Of a stretch of 64,000 bases of DNA, positions 29,300 to 38,965 are shown one piece after another. This DNA is from an uncultured Acidobacteriota bacterium (GTDB lineage Bacteria; Acidobacteriota; Polarisedimenticolia; J045): positions 421-64,420 of the forward strand of contig CAVPDB010000004.1 of assembly GCA_963702545.1 (NCBI GenBank), read 5' to 3'. The translations under genes and the position numbers were made by a program. Under the pieces are notes generated by a model. That model ran no database searches. It was not told the DNA's origin and was given only the letters and a program-made list of their open reading frames with translations. Positions within the stretch are counted from its first letter, which is position 1. Every line of letters begins with the position of its first letter.

Positions 29300-31321
29300 T
29301 CAGGCGCTGGCGCGCCGGCTGTCCCAGTACATGTAGGCCACGACCAGCGCGTAGAGCACCAGCGCGACCAGTTCGCCGCGGGCCCCCTCGGCGTTGTTCA
29401 GCAGGTCGACGCCGGTCTGGATCCCGCGCTCCTGCGTCACCCAGCGCAGGAGCGCCGCGACCACGCCCATGATCGCGCCGCCCGCGATGAACCCCGACGC
29501 GATCAGCGTGCCCCGGTTGTTGCGGGCCCGGGCCAGCGCCTCGTTCCCCCCGGCCGACTTCGCGACGAAGTACGCCACCAGCCCGCCGACCAGCAGCGGG
29601 GTGTTCAGGTCCTGCGGGATGTACATCCCCAGCGCGAACGGCAGCGCCGGGATCCCGACCATCTGGAGCACCAGGATCAGCAGCGCGCCCAGCCCGTAGA
29701 GCAGCCAGGGCGCCGGCTGGTCCGACATCATCGCCTGGACCACCGCGGCCATCGCGTTGGCCTGCGGCGCCGCCAGCGGCTCGGGGTGGGCCGCGGTGAC
29801 CTTGAATCCGTAGACCTGGTTGAGCACCACCATCACCCATCCGACCGTCAGCGAGGCCGCGACGATCCCGAGCAGCTTGCTGACCTGCTGGACGGCGGGG
29901 GTGGCGCCGATCCAGTAGCCGACTTTCAGGTCGGTCACGGTGCCGCCGACGGTCGAGAGCGCGGTGCAGACGACGCAGCCGATGATGAGCGCGGCCAGCA
30001 TCCCCGCCTCGCCCCGTAGCCCGATCCCGACCAGGATCGTCGCCGAGAGGATCAGCGTCATCAGCGTCATGCCCGAGACCGGGTTGGTGCCGACCGTCGC
30101 GATCGCCTGGGCGGCGACGGTCGTGAACAGGAAGGAGATCACCATCACGACGACCAGCGCGATCGCGGCCTTGAGCAGCGCGTTGGGCTGGCCCTGCAGG
30201 ATCACGAAGGCGAAGAAGACGAAGAGCAGGATCGCGATCACGATCAGCCCCAGCCCGACCCAGCGCATCGGGATGTCGCGGTCGGTCCGCTCGGCGACGG
30301 ACGCTGTCTTCGGCCCGCCGCCAAGGAACTCGCGGAAAGCCAGCCCGAAGGCCGAGACGATGATCTTCCGGCTGCGCCAGATCCCCAGCATGCCGGCGCA
30401 GGCGATCGCGCCGATCCCGATCGTCCGGACGTAATTGCGGAAGATCGCCTCGGCCGTCATCTGCGAGATCAGGACGTCGCCGGCCGTGACGCCGAGCGGC
30501 GCCGCCAGCCCCTGCCCGAAGTAGCCGATCAGCGGGACCAGCAGGAACCAGGAGAGGAACGACCCGGCGCAGATGATCGCCGCGTACTTGAGCCCGATGA
30601 TGTAACCGAGGCCGACCACCGAGGTCAGCATGCTCATCTTGAAGACCAGCTTGGTCTCGCTGGCCAGCCCCGCCAGGCCCGGGGATCGAGCGCGAGGTGA
30701 AAGTCTCGGCGAAGGCCTTGAGGTGGAGCGTCAGGAAGTCGTACAGGCCTCCGACCGCGGCCGCGACGCCGAGCGTCTTGGCCTGCGAGCCGCCCGACTC
30801 GCCCGCGACCAGCACCTCGGTCGTCGCGGTCGCCTCCGGGAACGGGTACTCGCCGTGCATGTCCGCGCACGAAGTAGCGGCGCAGCGGGATCAGCAGCAG
30901 CACGCCCAGCGCGCCGCCGAGCAGCGAGGCCATGGCGGCCCGGCACGAGGTTGACCGGCAGCTCGATGATGAACAGCGCCAGGCAGCACGAAGATCGCGC
31001 CGGCGACGATCAGGCCCGAGGCGGCGCCGACCGACTGGACGATGACGTTCTCGAGGATCGTCGAGCGCTGCCGGCGGATCGAGCCCAGCCCGACCGCGAG
31101 GATCGCGATCGGGATCGCGGCCTCGATCACCTGGCCGACCTTGAACCCCAGGAACGCCGCCGCGGCCGAGAACAGCATCGCCATGAGGAGGCCAAGCGAC
31201 CGACCGACCAGGGGGTGAATTGCGCCATCCCGGACGAGGCCGGGACGATCGGCTGGTAGGTCTCTCCGGGCTGGAGCTTGCGATAGGCGTTGTCGGGCAG
31301 CGAACGGGTCGTCGGCTCCAT
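29300..31321 (-). pseudogene. OPT-superfamily oligopeptide transporter, at least 4 frame changes in the N-terminal third
   Basis: N-terminal pieces MEPTTRSLPDNAYRKLQPGETYQPIV..., MAMLFSAAAAFLGFKVGQVIEAAIPIAILAVG..., MASLLGGALGVLLLIPLRRYFV and MHGEYPFPEATATTEVLVAGESGG.... The intact 445-aa C-terminal part is track ORF 29300..30637. The net span is 2022 nt. Confidence 0.85.
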
Positions 31322-31390
31322 GACGCGCGGCCTCCTTGGGGTGACGCCGGAGAGGATCGGGCGGAGCCTACGGAAGTCGGGACGGCCGCG

Positions 31391-31636
31391 TCAACCTCGG
31401 GTGTCGACCGTCGGGCGGACGTGCCCGAGGCGGCTGACCGCGTGGGCCAACTTCCGGCGGAAAGCCTTGAGGTCGCACGCGGCGAGCTGCTCGAGCGCCT
31501 CGTCGAGGATCGCCGTGATCTCCGACAGCTCCTGGCGCGCAGCGGCGTCGCGGACCTCCTGGACCCGCTGCCGCAGCTTGGAGATCTCGCCGACGGAGAG
31601 CGCGTTGAGCGCTTCGATCATGCCCTTGACGTGCAT
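31391..31636 (-). CDS. small helical hypothetical protein (81 aa)
   Basis: Inner ATG of track ORF 31391..31876. MHVKGMIEALNALSVGEISKLRQRVQEVRDAAARQELSEITAILDEALEQLAACDLKAFRRKLAHAVSRLG. Non-repetitive with heptad-like spacing. The start is uncertain because no clear RBS is present. Confidence 0.45.
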   Translation of the reverse strand: MHVKGMIEALNALSVGEISKLRQRVQEVRDAAARQELSEITAILDEALEQLAACDLKAFRRKLAHAVSRLGHVRPTVDTRG

Positions 31637-31700
31637 CGCGCGCGCATTGTAGCGGCGCGTCCCCGGGGCGCAACACGGCCCCTGCCCCGGCCCGCGGCGG

Positions 31701-33507
31701 GTGCTATCCTCTCGCCCCATGTCGAAGTCGTCCCCCGGCCCGCGTGCCGGTTCCGCCCGTTCGAAGCCTGCCCCGACCTCCGCCCGCAGGACCCGCGCGG
31801 CCGGGCGGCCGGAGCACGAGCAGGCCAGCCTGTTCGAGCTGGCCGCGGCGTCGGCGTCGGCCGCTGGGCCCCGCACCCCGGCCGCCGCTTCGGCCCCGCC
31901 CGAGGCAGCGGACGCTCCCGCGCGCCCCGCCGGCCGTGCCCGCGCCGCGCGGCGCCCCGTCGGCGCGCAGGAGATGGCGGCGCAGCCAGCGCGAGATCTC
32001 GGTCTCGGAGTTCTTCACCAAGAACCGGCACCTGCTCGGCTTCGACAACCCGCGCAAGGCGCTGCTGACCACGGTCAAGGAGGCGGTCGACAACGCGCTC
32101 GACGCCTGCGAGGAGGCCGGGATCGTGCCCGAGGTCGAGGTCGCGATCGAGCAGCTGGCCGAGGACCGCTTCGTCGCCAAGGTGCGGGACAACGGCCCGG
32201 GGATCGTCCGCGAGCAGATCCCGAAGGTCTTCGGCAAGCTGCTCTACGGCTCCAAGTTCCACCGCTACCGGCAGTCGCGCGGCCAGCAGGGGATCGGGAT
32301 CTCGGCCGCCGGGATGTACGGCCTGCTGACGACCGGCCGGCCGGTCGTCGTGATCTCCAAGACCGGGCCGCGCAAGGCGGCGCACCACTACGAGATCGCG
32401 ATCGACACCCGGGCCAACAAGCCCGAGATCCTGCACGACGCGACGATCGAGGACGCGGCGATCCCGCAGGGGACCGAGGTCGCGATCACGCTGGAGGGCC
32501 AGTTCCAGCGCGGCCGGCGCAGCGTCGACGAGTACATGGAGCTGACCGCGCTGGCCAACCCGCACGGGACCTTCCGCTACCGCTCACCGGGCAGCGAGCC
32601 GGTGGTCTGGGAGCGCGTGACGAGCGAGCTGCCGCCCGAGGCGCGCGAGATCAAGCCGCACCCGCACGGCGTCGAGCTGGGGACGCTGCTCAAGATGCTG
32701 CGCGACAGCGACAACCGGCACCTGGTCGAGGCCCTGGTCGCCAACTTCTCGCGCGTCAGCCCGCAGGTCGCGGCCGAGATCTGCGCCAAGGCCAAGGTCT
32801 CGCCCAAGGCCAACCCGCGCACGCTCGACACCCGCGCCGTGGAGCTGCTCTACCGCGCGATCCCGCACGTCAAGATCCTGGCCCCGCCGACCAACTGCCT
32901 GTCCCGATCGGCGCGGAGCTGATCGAGCGCGCGCTGCGCCAGCGGATCAAGGCCGACTTCTTCGCCGCCTGCACCCGGCCGCCGGCGGTCTACCGCGGCA
33001 ACCCGTTCCTGGTCGAGGTGGGCCTCGCCTACGGCGGCGGCCTGCCCGCCGAAGAGCTGGTCGACGTGCTGCGCTTCGCCAACCGCGTGCCGCTGCTCTA
33101 CCAGGCGGGCGCGTGCGCCATCACGAAGGCGGTCGTCGGGACCAACTGGCGCAGCTACGGCCTGCCGCAGTCGAGGGGCGCGCCCGCCGTCCGGGCCGGC
33201 GATCCTCTTCGTCCACATCGCCTCGGTCTGGGTGCCGTTCACCTCCGAGAGCAAGGAGGCGGTCGCGTCGTACCCGGAGATCGTCAAGGAGATCCGGCTG
33301 GCGCTGATGGACGTCGGCCGCCGGCTCGGCAGCTTCCTCAGGCGCCGGGCGCGCGCCGCGGCCGAGGAGAAGAAGCTGGGCTACATCACCAAGTACATCC
33401 CGCAGATCGGGATCGCGCTGCAGGACATCCTGGCGCTGAAGGACCCGCAGCGCGACGCCGCGGTGGCGAAGCTCAAGGACATCCTGGAGCGCTCGCGCAC
33501 CGTATAG
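31701..33507 (+). pseudogene. top6B: type IIB DNA topoisomerase VI subunit B (Top6B), at least 3 frame changes as sequenced
   Basis: QREISVSEFFTKNRHLLGFDNPRKALLTTVKEAVDNALDACEE carries the GHKL N-box. VRDNGPGI is G1 and KLLYGSKFH...SRGQQGIGISAA is G2. H2TH and transducer pieces read ...PTNCLSPIGAELIERALRQ...FAACTRPPAVYRGNPFLVEVGLAYGG...RFANRVPLLYQAGACAITKAV and VWVPFTSESKEAVASYPEIVKEI. Breaks are near 31990, 32900 and 33190. A possible 90-aa basic/Ala-Pro-rich N-terminal extension starts at ATG 31701. Confidence 0.88.
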
Positions 33508-33517
33508 CCGGCCCCGT

Positions 33518-34469
33518 CTAGGGCGAAGCCGGACCCGGCGGAGTTCGCGTCGCCGCAGCGAGTGCAGCCCGAACAGGATCGTCGCAGCGACCAGCGGCAG
33601 CACGAAGTAGAGCGCCCGGAACGCGATCAGCACGCCGGCGATCTGCGCCGCCGGCAGGTGCGGCGAGAGCAGCCAGAGCGCGACCGTCTCGAAGACGCCG
33701 AGCCCCCCGGCACCTGGCTGGCGTTGCCGGCAAAGGCGGCGATCAGGAAGACCGTCAGAGCCAGCACGAAGGAGATCCCGGCGGCCCCGGGGAGCAGCAC
33801 GAAGAAGGCTGCCGCGGCCAGCAGCCAGTCGAAGGTCGAGGCGCCGAACTGGGCCGACGCCATCTTCCAGCCCGGGCGGCCCGAGCTCGACCCCGTTCAG
33901 GTCGACCGTCGTCTGCCGGCCGCCCGCCGCCCAGTAGAAGTAGGCCGCGCAGCCGAGCAGCATCACGGATCCCGAGCGGGCGCACCCAGGCCGGGGGGAT
34001 GCGCAGCTCGGGCGGCAGCGGGGCCGGGTGCACCAGGAACAGCAGCCCCGCGAGCAGCAGGAAGCCCAGCCAGAAGGTCGCGCCGCCGAACAGGATCAGC
34101 GCGCCGACCTGCGTCGTGCCGAACCCCCAGCGCCGGTAGAAGCGCAGCCGGACCGAGCCGCCCGTGATCAGCGGCAAGCCCAGGTTCTGGGAGAGCGCGT
34201 AGCTGAGGAACGAGGCGAAGATCGACCTTGGCCAGCGGCAGCCGGAGCCGGAGATAGCGCAGCCCCAGCAGGTCGTAGCTCGAGAGCGCCAGGTAGTTGA
34301 TTGCGACCAGCAGCGCCGAGAGGGCGAGCCGGCTGCGCGGGATTCCGTCGAACGCCGCGCGGATCTCGCTCCACGGGGTGTCGCGGAGGGTCGCGCGCAG
34401 GGCCCAGACCGCGAGCAGGAAGAGCGCGACCCCGACGAAGCGTCCGAGGTGGCGGGGCAGGCGCGTCAT
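33518..34469 (-). pseudogene. polytopic membrane protein of the UPF0104 / lysyl-phosphatidylglycerol-synthase-TM-like ('flippase-like') family, several frame changes; 3' end uncertain
   Basis: MTRLPRHLGRFVGVALFLLAVWALRATLRDTPWSEIRAAF...LVAINYLALSSYDLLGLRYL, then IFASFLSYALSQNLGLPLITGGSVRLRFY, then ...AGNASQVPGGLGVFETVALWLL...AFRALYFVLPL. Confidence 0.6.
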
Positions 34470-34727
34470 GCCGGGGGGGCCGGGGGCACGGTGGCGAGGA
34501 TTGTAGCCGCGCGGAAGCACGCGAAAGGGCCCGAACGACCGCTGGCCGGGGCCGGCCGGCCGCCGAAGATACTGGGTTGCCTCAAGGGTTACACCCGGTA
34601 CCTTCCGTCTCGATCCCGCCGGCGCAGTCGATCCGCACCGGCGGGAGAAGGCGGCCCGGGGACGGCCCTTCTCCCGCTGGGGCCCCTGCCGGAGCATGTC
34701 GATCTCGGACCCCAGGAGAACGCACAG

Positions 34728-36357
34728 ATGAGAATGCCTGGAATCTCGATCCTCGTGGCCCTCTTCGCGCCTGGGCGGGACGGCCGCTCTGGCCTCCCCT
34801 CCCGGCTTCGACGAGCCGCTCGCCGAGTTCTCGCGGACCGCGGGCGGGGACGTCCACTCCGCGGCCTCCGGCGTCGGTACGGCGGACGGCGCGAACAGCA
34901 TTGCGATCCTCACCCCCGGGACGGTGCTCGAGGCCTGGGTCTACTGGTCCGGAGAGGTTCGCCGCGATCCGGTCGGCGGCACCGTGTACGGCCCCGATCC
35001 GGGCCTGACCCTGAGCGGCGGCGCGATCGTCGGCTCGCTGCCCGTGGTCGGCACCGAGGTTGCGCGCCGGCTCGCGCTGCCCGACGACGGCGACAACGGC
35101 GGCGAAGTCGTGATGAAGGCCGCCGTCCCGCCGTCGGCTTTCCTCGCGGGCGGCAACACCTTCGTCGATCAGCGACTTCAACGAGATCAACCCCGCCAGC
35201 GGCATGACGCTACTACCGGCGCCAGCACGGCGTCGCGATGCTCGTCACCTACCGCGGCGACGAGGCCGGAGCGCAGCGCGAGACGATCCTGCTCGAGGGC
35301 GGCGACTGGTTCTTCAAGGACCGCTTCAACGGCGACCCGAACTTCGCCGACGAGATCGCCGGCGAGCTGGTCTGCTTCGACTTCAACGCCGCGCTCGAGT
35401 GCGGCCAGTCGGCGTTCCTGCGGTTCGCGGTCGGCGGTCTGGTCGAGCAGCCGCTCTCGGTCAACGAGCGGACCTTCGTGCTGTCCGGCTCCGGACCCCA
35501 AGCCGGGGTCGCTGCTCGGCGGGGTCGGCAGCCTGCTCGAGCAGAACACCCTCAACCTCAACCTCGAGACGGGCGGCTTCTTCCGCGGCCGCAAGCTCGC
35601 GGTGTACGAAGGCGAGGTCCCGCTGGGCACCGGCGACACCTGGCTCTGCTACCAGATCGAGCACGACCTGGCGACCGGACGCCAGTTCCCGGACCCCTAC
35701 TTCAACTTCTTCGCCTCGCTCGACCTCGACCGCTCGCCCTGCGACGGCGACGGCTGCCTGACGCGGACGCCCGGCTTCTGGGGCAACCACCCCCACGTCA
35801 CGACGCAGTACCTGTCGCTCGACAGCTGCGGGCTGACGCTCGACTCGACCCTGCCGCGCAGCATCGCCTCGGCGACCGAGGACATGTGCATCAGCGGCCA
35901 GGACGCGAAGGGGGCCAAGACCTCGATGCAGCAGCTCCAGCTGGTCCGGCAGTGCATGGCCGCCAACCTGAACCTGGCAGCCTCGGCGGCCGGCGGCGGA
36001 AGCTGCGACAGCGCGATCGGGGCCCGGATCGCCGAGTGCTGCGCTTCGCTCTGCAACTCCGGCGCCGCCGGCAACACGATCTCCCGCTCGATGTGCATCG
36101 AGGACATCGACGAGTTCAACAACAGCGCCGACTCGCTCGAGCCGTACGGGCCGTTCCTGTCGCCCGGTCCGGCGGACCCCTCCTCCTGCAAGTCCTCCCG
36201 CGGCAACGGCTGGGTCAATACGACCGACGACCAGGGTGACAAGCGCAAGCTCGGGCCTGCGAACGGCGGCAAGGGTTCCTCCAGCGACTCCCCGAGTGCT
36301 CCTTCCCGGCGTTCCTCCCCCACGCCTCCGGGGACGTCGGCAAAAGGAAAGCACTGA
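34728..36357 (+). pseudogene. secreted Cys-rich hypothetical protein (about 540 aa), at least 4 frame changes in the first half
   Basis: AGGAG plus 9 nt precede ATG 34728 (MRMPGISILVALF...). Pieces read FDEPLAEFSRTAGGDVHSAASG...VYGPDPGLTLSGGAIVGSLPV, MLVTYRGDEAGAQRETILLEGGDWFFKDRFNGDPNF and LLGGVGSLLEQNTLNLNLETGGFF. The intact C-terminal half reads CDGDGCLTRTPGFWGNHPHV...QLVRQCMAANLNLAASAAGGGSCDSAIGARIAECCASLCNSG...CKSSRGNGW. Confidence 0.6.
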
Positions 36358-36379
36358 CCTCCCCTCCTCCCTGGGTTCG

Positions 36380-36413
36380 CGACGCGGGGCAGGCTCCGGC
36401 CTGCCCCGCGTCG
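36380..36413 (+). terminator. strong hairpin after the Cys-rich gene
   Basis: cgacgcggggcagg-ctccgg-cctgccccgcgtcg gives a perfect 14-bp stem, followed by tcttc. Confidence 0.6.
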
Positions 36414-36444
36414 TCTTCGCGGGTAAGATCCGGGCGGTCCACCG

Positions 36445-38934
36445 ATGGCCCGCCCCGACCCTGCCGCCCCGCCCCCCGGCCCCGCCCCTGACGCGCCGGC
36501 CCCGCGTGCCTCGCGCGCGCGGCGTGTCGGCTACGCCGCCGTCGGGCTGCTCGTCGCGCTGGCGCTCTCGGGCTTCACCGCGGTGGGCGTCGCGCGGCAG
36601 GTGCTGCGCGCCAGCCTCCCCCGGCTCGACGGCGCGCTCGAGATCGCGGGGCTGGCGGCGCCGGTCCGGATCGAGCGCGACGCGCGCGGCGTCCCGACCG
36701 TCACCGCCGCCGGCCCGCTCGACGCTTCGCGCGCGCTCGGCTTTCTGCACGCCCAGGAGCGCTTCTTCCAGATGGACCTGGCGCGCCGCCGCGCGGCCGG
36801 CGAGCTGTCCGCACTGTTCGGCGCGGCCGCGCTCGAGGCCGACCGCGAGGTGCGGATCCACCGCTTCCGGGCCCGGGCCGCGGCCACGCTGGCGGCGGCC
36901 GAGCCGGGCGCGCGGGCCGCGCTGGCGGCGTACGCGGAGGGGGTCAACGCGGGGCTGGCGGCGCTCGGCGGGCGGCCCTTCGAGTACCTCGGGCTGCGGG
37001 CCGATCCGGTTCCGTGGCGGCCCGAGGACACGGTCCTCGTCGTCGACTCGATGGCGCTGGTGCTGCAGGACGACCGTGGCCAGCGCGAGGCCGGACTCGC
37101 GCTGCTCTACGCGACGCTCCCCGCGCCGCTCGCCGACTTCCTCGCTCCGGCCGGCACGCCCTGGGACGCCCCGCTCGAGGGGCCCGCGTTCCCGGTTCCG
37201 GAGATCCCCGGCCCCGCGGTGCTCGACCTGCGCCCGGCGGGCGGGCCGCGCCCAGCGCCGCCCGCCGGCGCGGGATCGGCCGCGCCGGGAGCGGCCGCGC
37301 CGGAACCAGGCGCCCCGGGCAGCAACAGCTGGGCGATCGCCGGCCGGCGCACCGCGCGCGGCGGCGCACTGCTGGCGGGCGACATGCACCTGCCGCTGGG
37401 GGTCCCGGCTACCTGGTACCGCGCGACGCTGCGCTGGCCGCGCAGCGACGGCGGGCCGGGCGAGGTCCGGGTCGCAGGCGTGACGCTCCCGGGCGTGCCC
37501 GGCGTCGTGGTGGGAAGCAACGGCTTCGTCGCGTGGGCCTTCACCAACAGCTACGCCGACACCGGGGACCTCGTCCTGATCGACGAGGCGCCGGACGGTT
37601 CCGGGCGGTACCTCGCGCCCGGCGGCCCGCGCCCCTTCGAACGCTTCACCGAGCGGATCGAGGTCAAGGGGAGCGCCCCGGCGACACTCGAAATCCGCGA
37701 GACGATCTGGGGGCCGGTCGTCGGCACCGGCCCGGACGGACGGCCGCACGCCTACCGCTGGGCCGCACACGAGCCCGACGCCGTGAACCTGGGGCTGTTC
37801 GAAATGGCCGGGGTGCGCAACCTCGACGAGGCGCTGGCGCTGGCCCCGCGCTGCGGCATGCCGGCCCAGAACGCGGTCTTCGCCGACGCCGCGGGACGGA
37901 TCGGCTGGACCATCCTGGGGCGGATTCCGAAGCGGGTCGGATTCGACGGACGTTTGCCGTCGTCGTGGGCCGACGGCACGCGGCGTTGGGACGGCTGGCT
38001 GCCGCTCGCGGAGTGGCCGCGGATCGTCGATCCGCCGACGGGCGCGCTCTGGACCGCCAACGCCCGGGTCGCCGGGGGCGAGGCGCTGGCCCGGCTCGGC
38101 GACGGCGGCTACGACCACGGCGCACGCGCCGCGCAGATCCGCGACCGGGTGCTCTCGCTCGAGGGGGCCGACGAGGCGGCGATGCTCGCGCTGCAGCTCG
38201 ACGACCGCGCGCTGCTGCTCGCGCCTTGGCGCGACCTGCTGCTCGAGGCGCTCAGCCCGGAGGCCACCGGATCGGACCCGCGGCGGACCGAGGCGCGCCG
38301 GCTGCTCGAGGGCTGGGGCGGCCGGGCCTCGACCGGTTCGGCCGGCTACCGGATCGTGCGCGACTTCCGCGTCGGCTTCGCGCGGCTGGTCTTCCGGCCG
38401 CTGCTCACACCCTGCGAGAAGGCCGACCCGTCGTTCAGCCTGTTCGCCTTCCCGCAGTGGGACGGGCCGCTCTGGAAGCTGATCCGCGAGCGGCCCGCCC
38501 ACCTGCTCGACCCGCGCTTCTCGAGCTGGAACGACGCCATCCTCTCGGCGCTCGACGCGACGCTCGACGAGCTGACCGCGGGCGGCGCCGCGCTCGAGGA
38601 CCAGACCTGGGGGCGCCGCAACACCGTGGTGCTGCGCCACCCGCTGTCGGCCTCGATCCCGCTCGCGGGCGCGTGGCTCGACATGCCGGCGGTCGAACTG
38701 CCGGGCGACAGCGGGATGCCGCGCGTGCAGGGGCGGGGGTTCGGGGCCTCGCAGCGGATGGTCGTCTCGCCGGGGCGCGAGGCCGACGGGATCTTCCAGC
38801 TCCCGGCGGGCCAGAGCGGGCACCCGCTCTCGCCGCACTACGGCGACCAGCAGGAGAGCTGGGCGCGCGGCACGCCGGCGCCGTTCCTCCCCGGCCCTGC
38901 CGTGCACCGGCTCGATCTCGTCCCCGCGCGCTGA
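36445..38934 (+). CDS. penicillin acylase / acyl-homoserine-lactone acylase family Ntn-hydrolase
   Basis: 829-aa intact ORF with an N-terminal TM/signal segment. The processing site and nucleophile lie in ...PGAPGSNSWAIAGRRTARGGALLAGDMHL. Further family regions are ...GVVVGSNGFVAWAFTNSYADTGD... and ...AGQSGHPLSPHYGDQ. Confidence 0.88.
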   Translation: MARPDPAAPPPGPAPDAPAPRASRARRVGYAAVGLLVALALSGFTAVGVARQVLRASLPRLDGALEIAGLAAPVRIERDARGVPTVTAAGPLDASRALGFLHAQERFFQMDLARRRAAGELSALFGAAALEADREVRIHRFRARAAATLAAAEPGARAALAAYAEGVNAGLAALGGRPFEYLGLRADPVPWRPEDTVLVVDSMALVLQDDRGQREAGLALLYATLPAPLADFLAPAGTPWDAPLEGPAFPVPEIPGPAVLDLRPAGGPRPAPPAGAGSAAPGAAAPEPGAPGSNSWAIAGRRTARGGALLAGDMHLPLGVPATWYRATLRWPRSDGGPGEVRVAGVTLPGVPGVVVGSNGFVAWAFTNSYADTGDLVLIDEAPDGSGRYLAPGGPRPFERFTERIEVKGSAPATLEIRETIWGPVVGTGPDGRPHAYRWAAHEPDAVNLGLFEMAGVRNLDEALALAPRCGMPAQNAVFADAAGRIGWTILGRIPKRVGFDGRLPSSWADGTRRWDGWLPLAEWPRIVDPPTGALWTANARVAGGEALARLGDGGYDHGARAAQIRDRVLSLEGADEAAMLALQLDDRALLLAPWRDLLLEALSPEATGSDPRRTEARRLLEGWGGRASTGSAGYRIVRDFRVGFARLVFRPLLTPCEKADPSFSLFAFPQWDGPLWKLIRERPAHLLDPRFSSWNDAILSALDATLDELTAGGAALEDQTWGRRNTVVLRHPLSASIPLAGAWLDMPAVELPGDSGMPRVQGRGFGASQRMVVSPGREADGIFQLPAGQSGHPLSPHYGDQQESWARGTPAPFLPGPAVHRLDLVPAR

Positions 38935-38965
38935 GCGCGCCGGTCCCCGCCCCCCGCGCCGTCCG

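Noticed and set aside
31391-34469. A hidden top6A (Spo11-like) gene beside top6B.
   Set aside because: I translated both strands around top6B. Upstream is an 81-aa helical ORF and downstream is a polytopic UPF0104-like membrane protein. No 5Y-CAP or Toprim (E...DxD) pattern is present.
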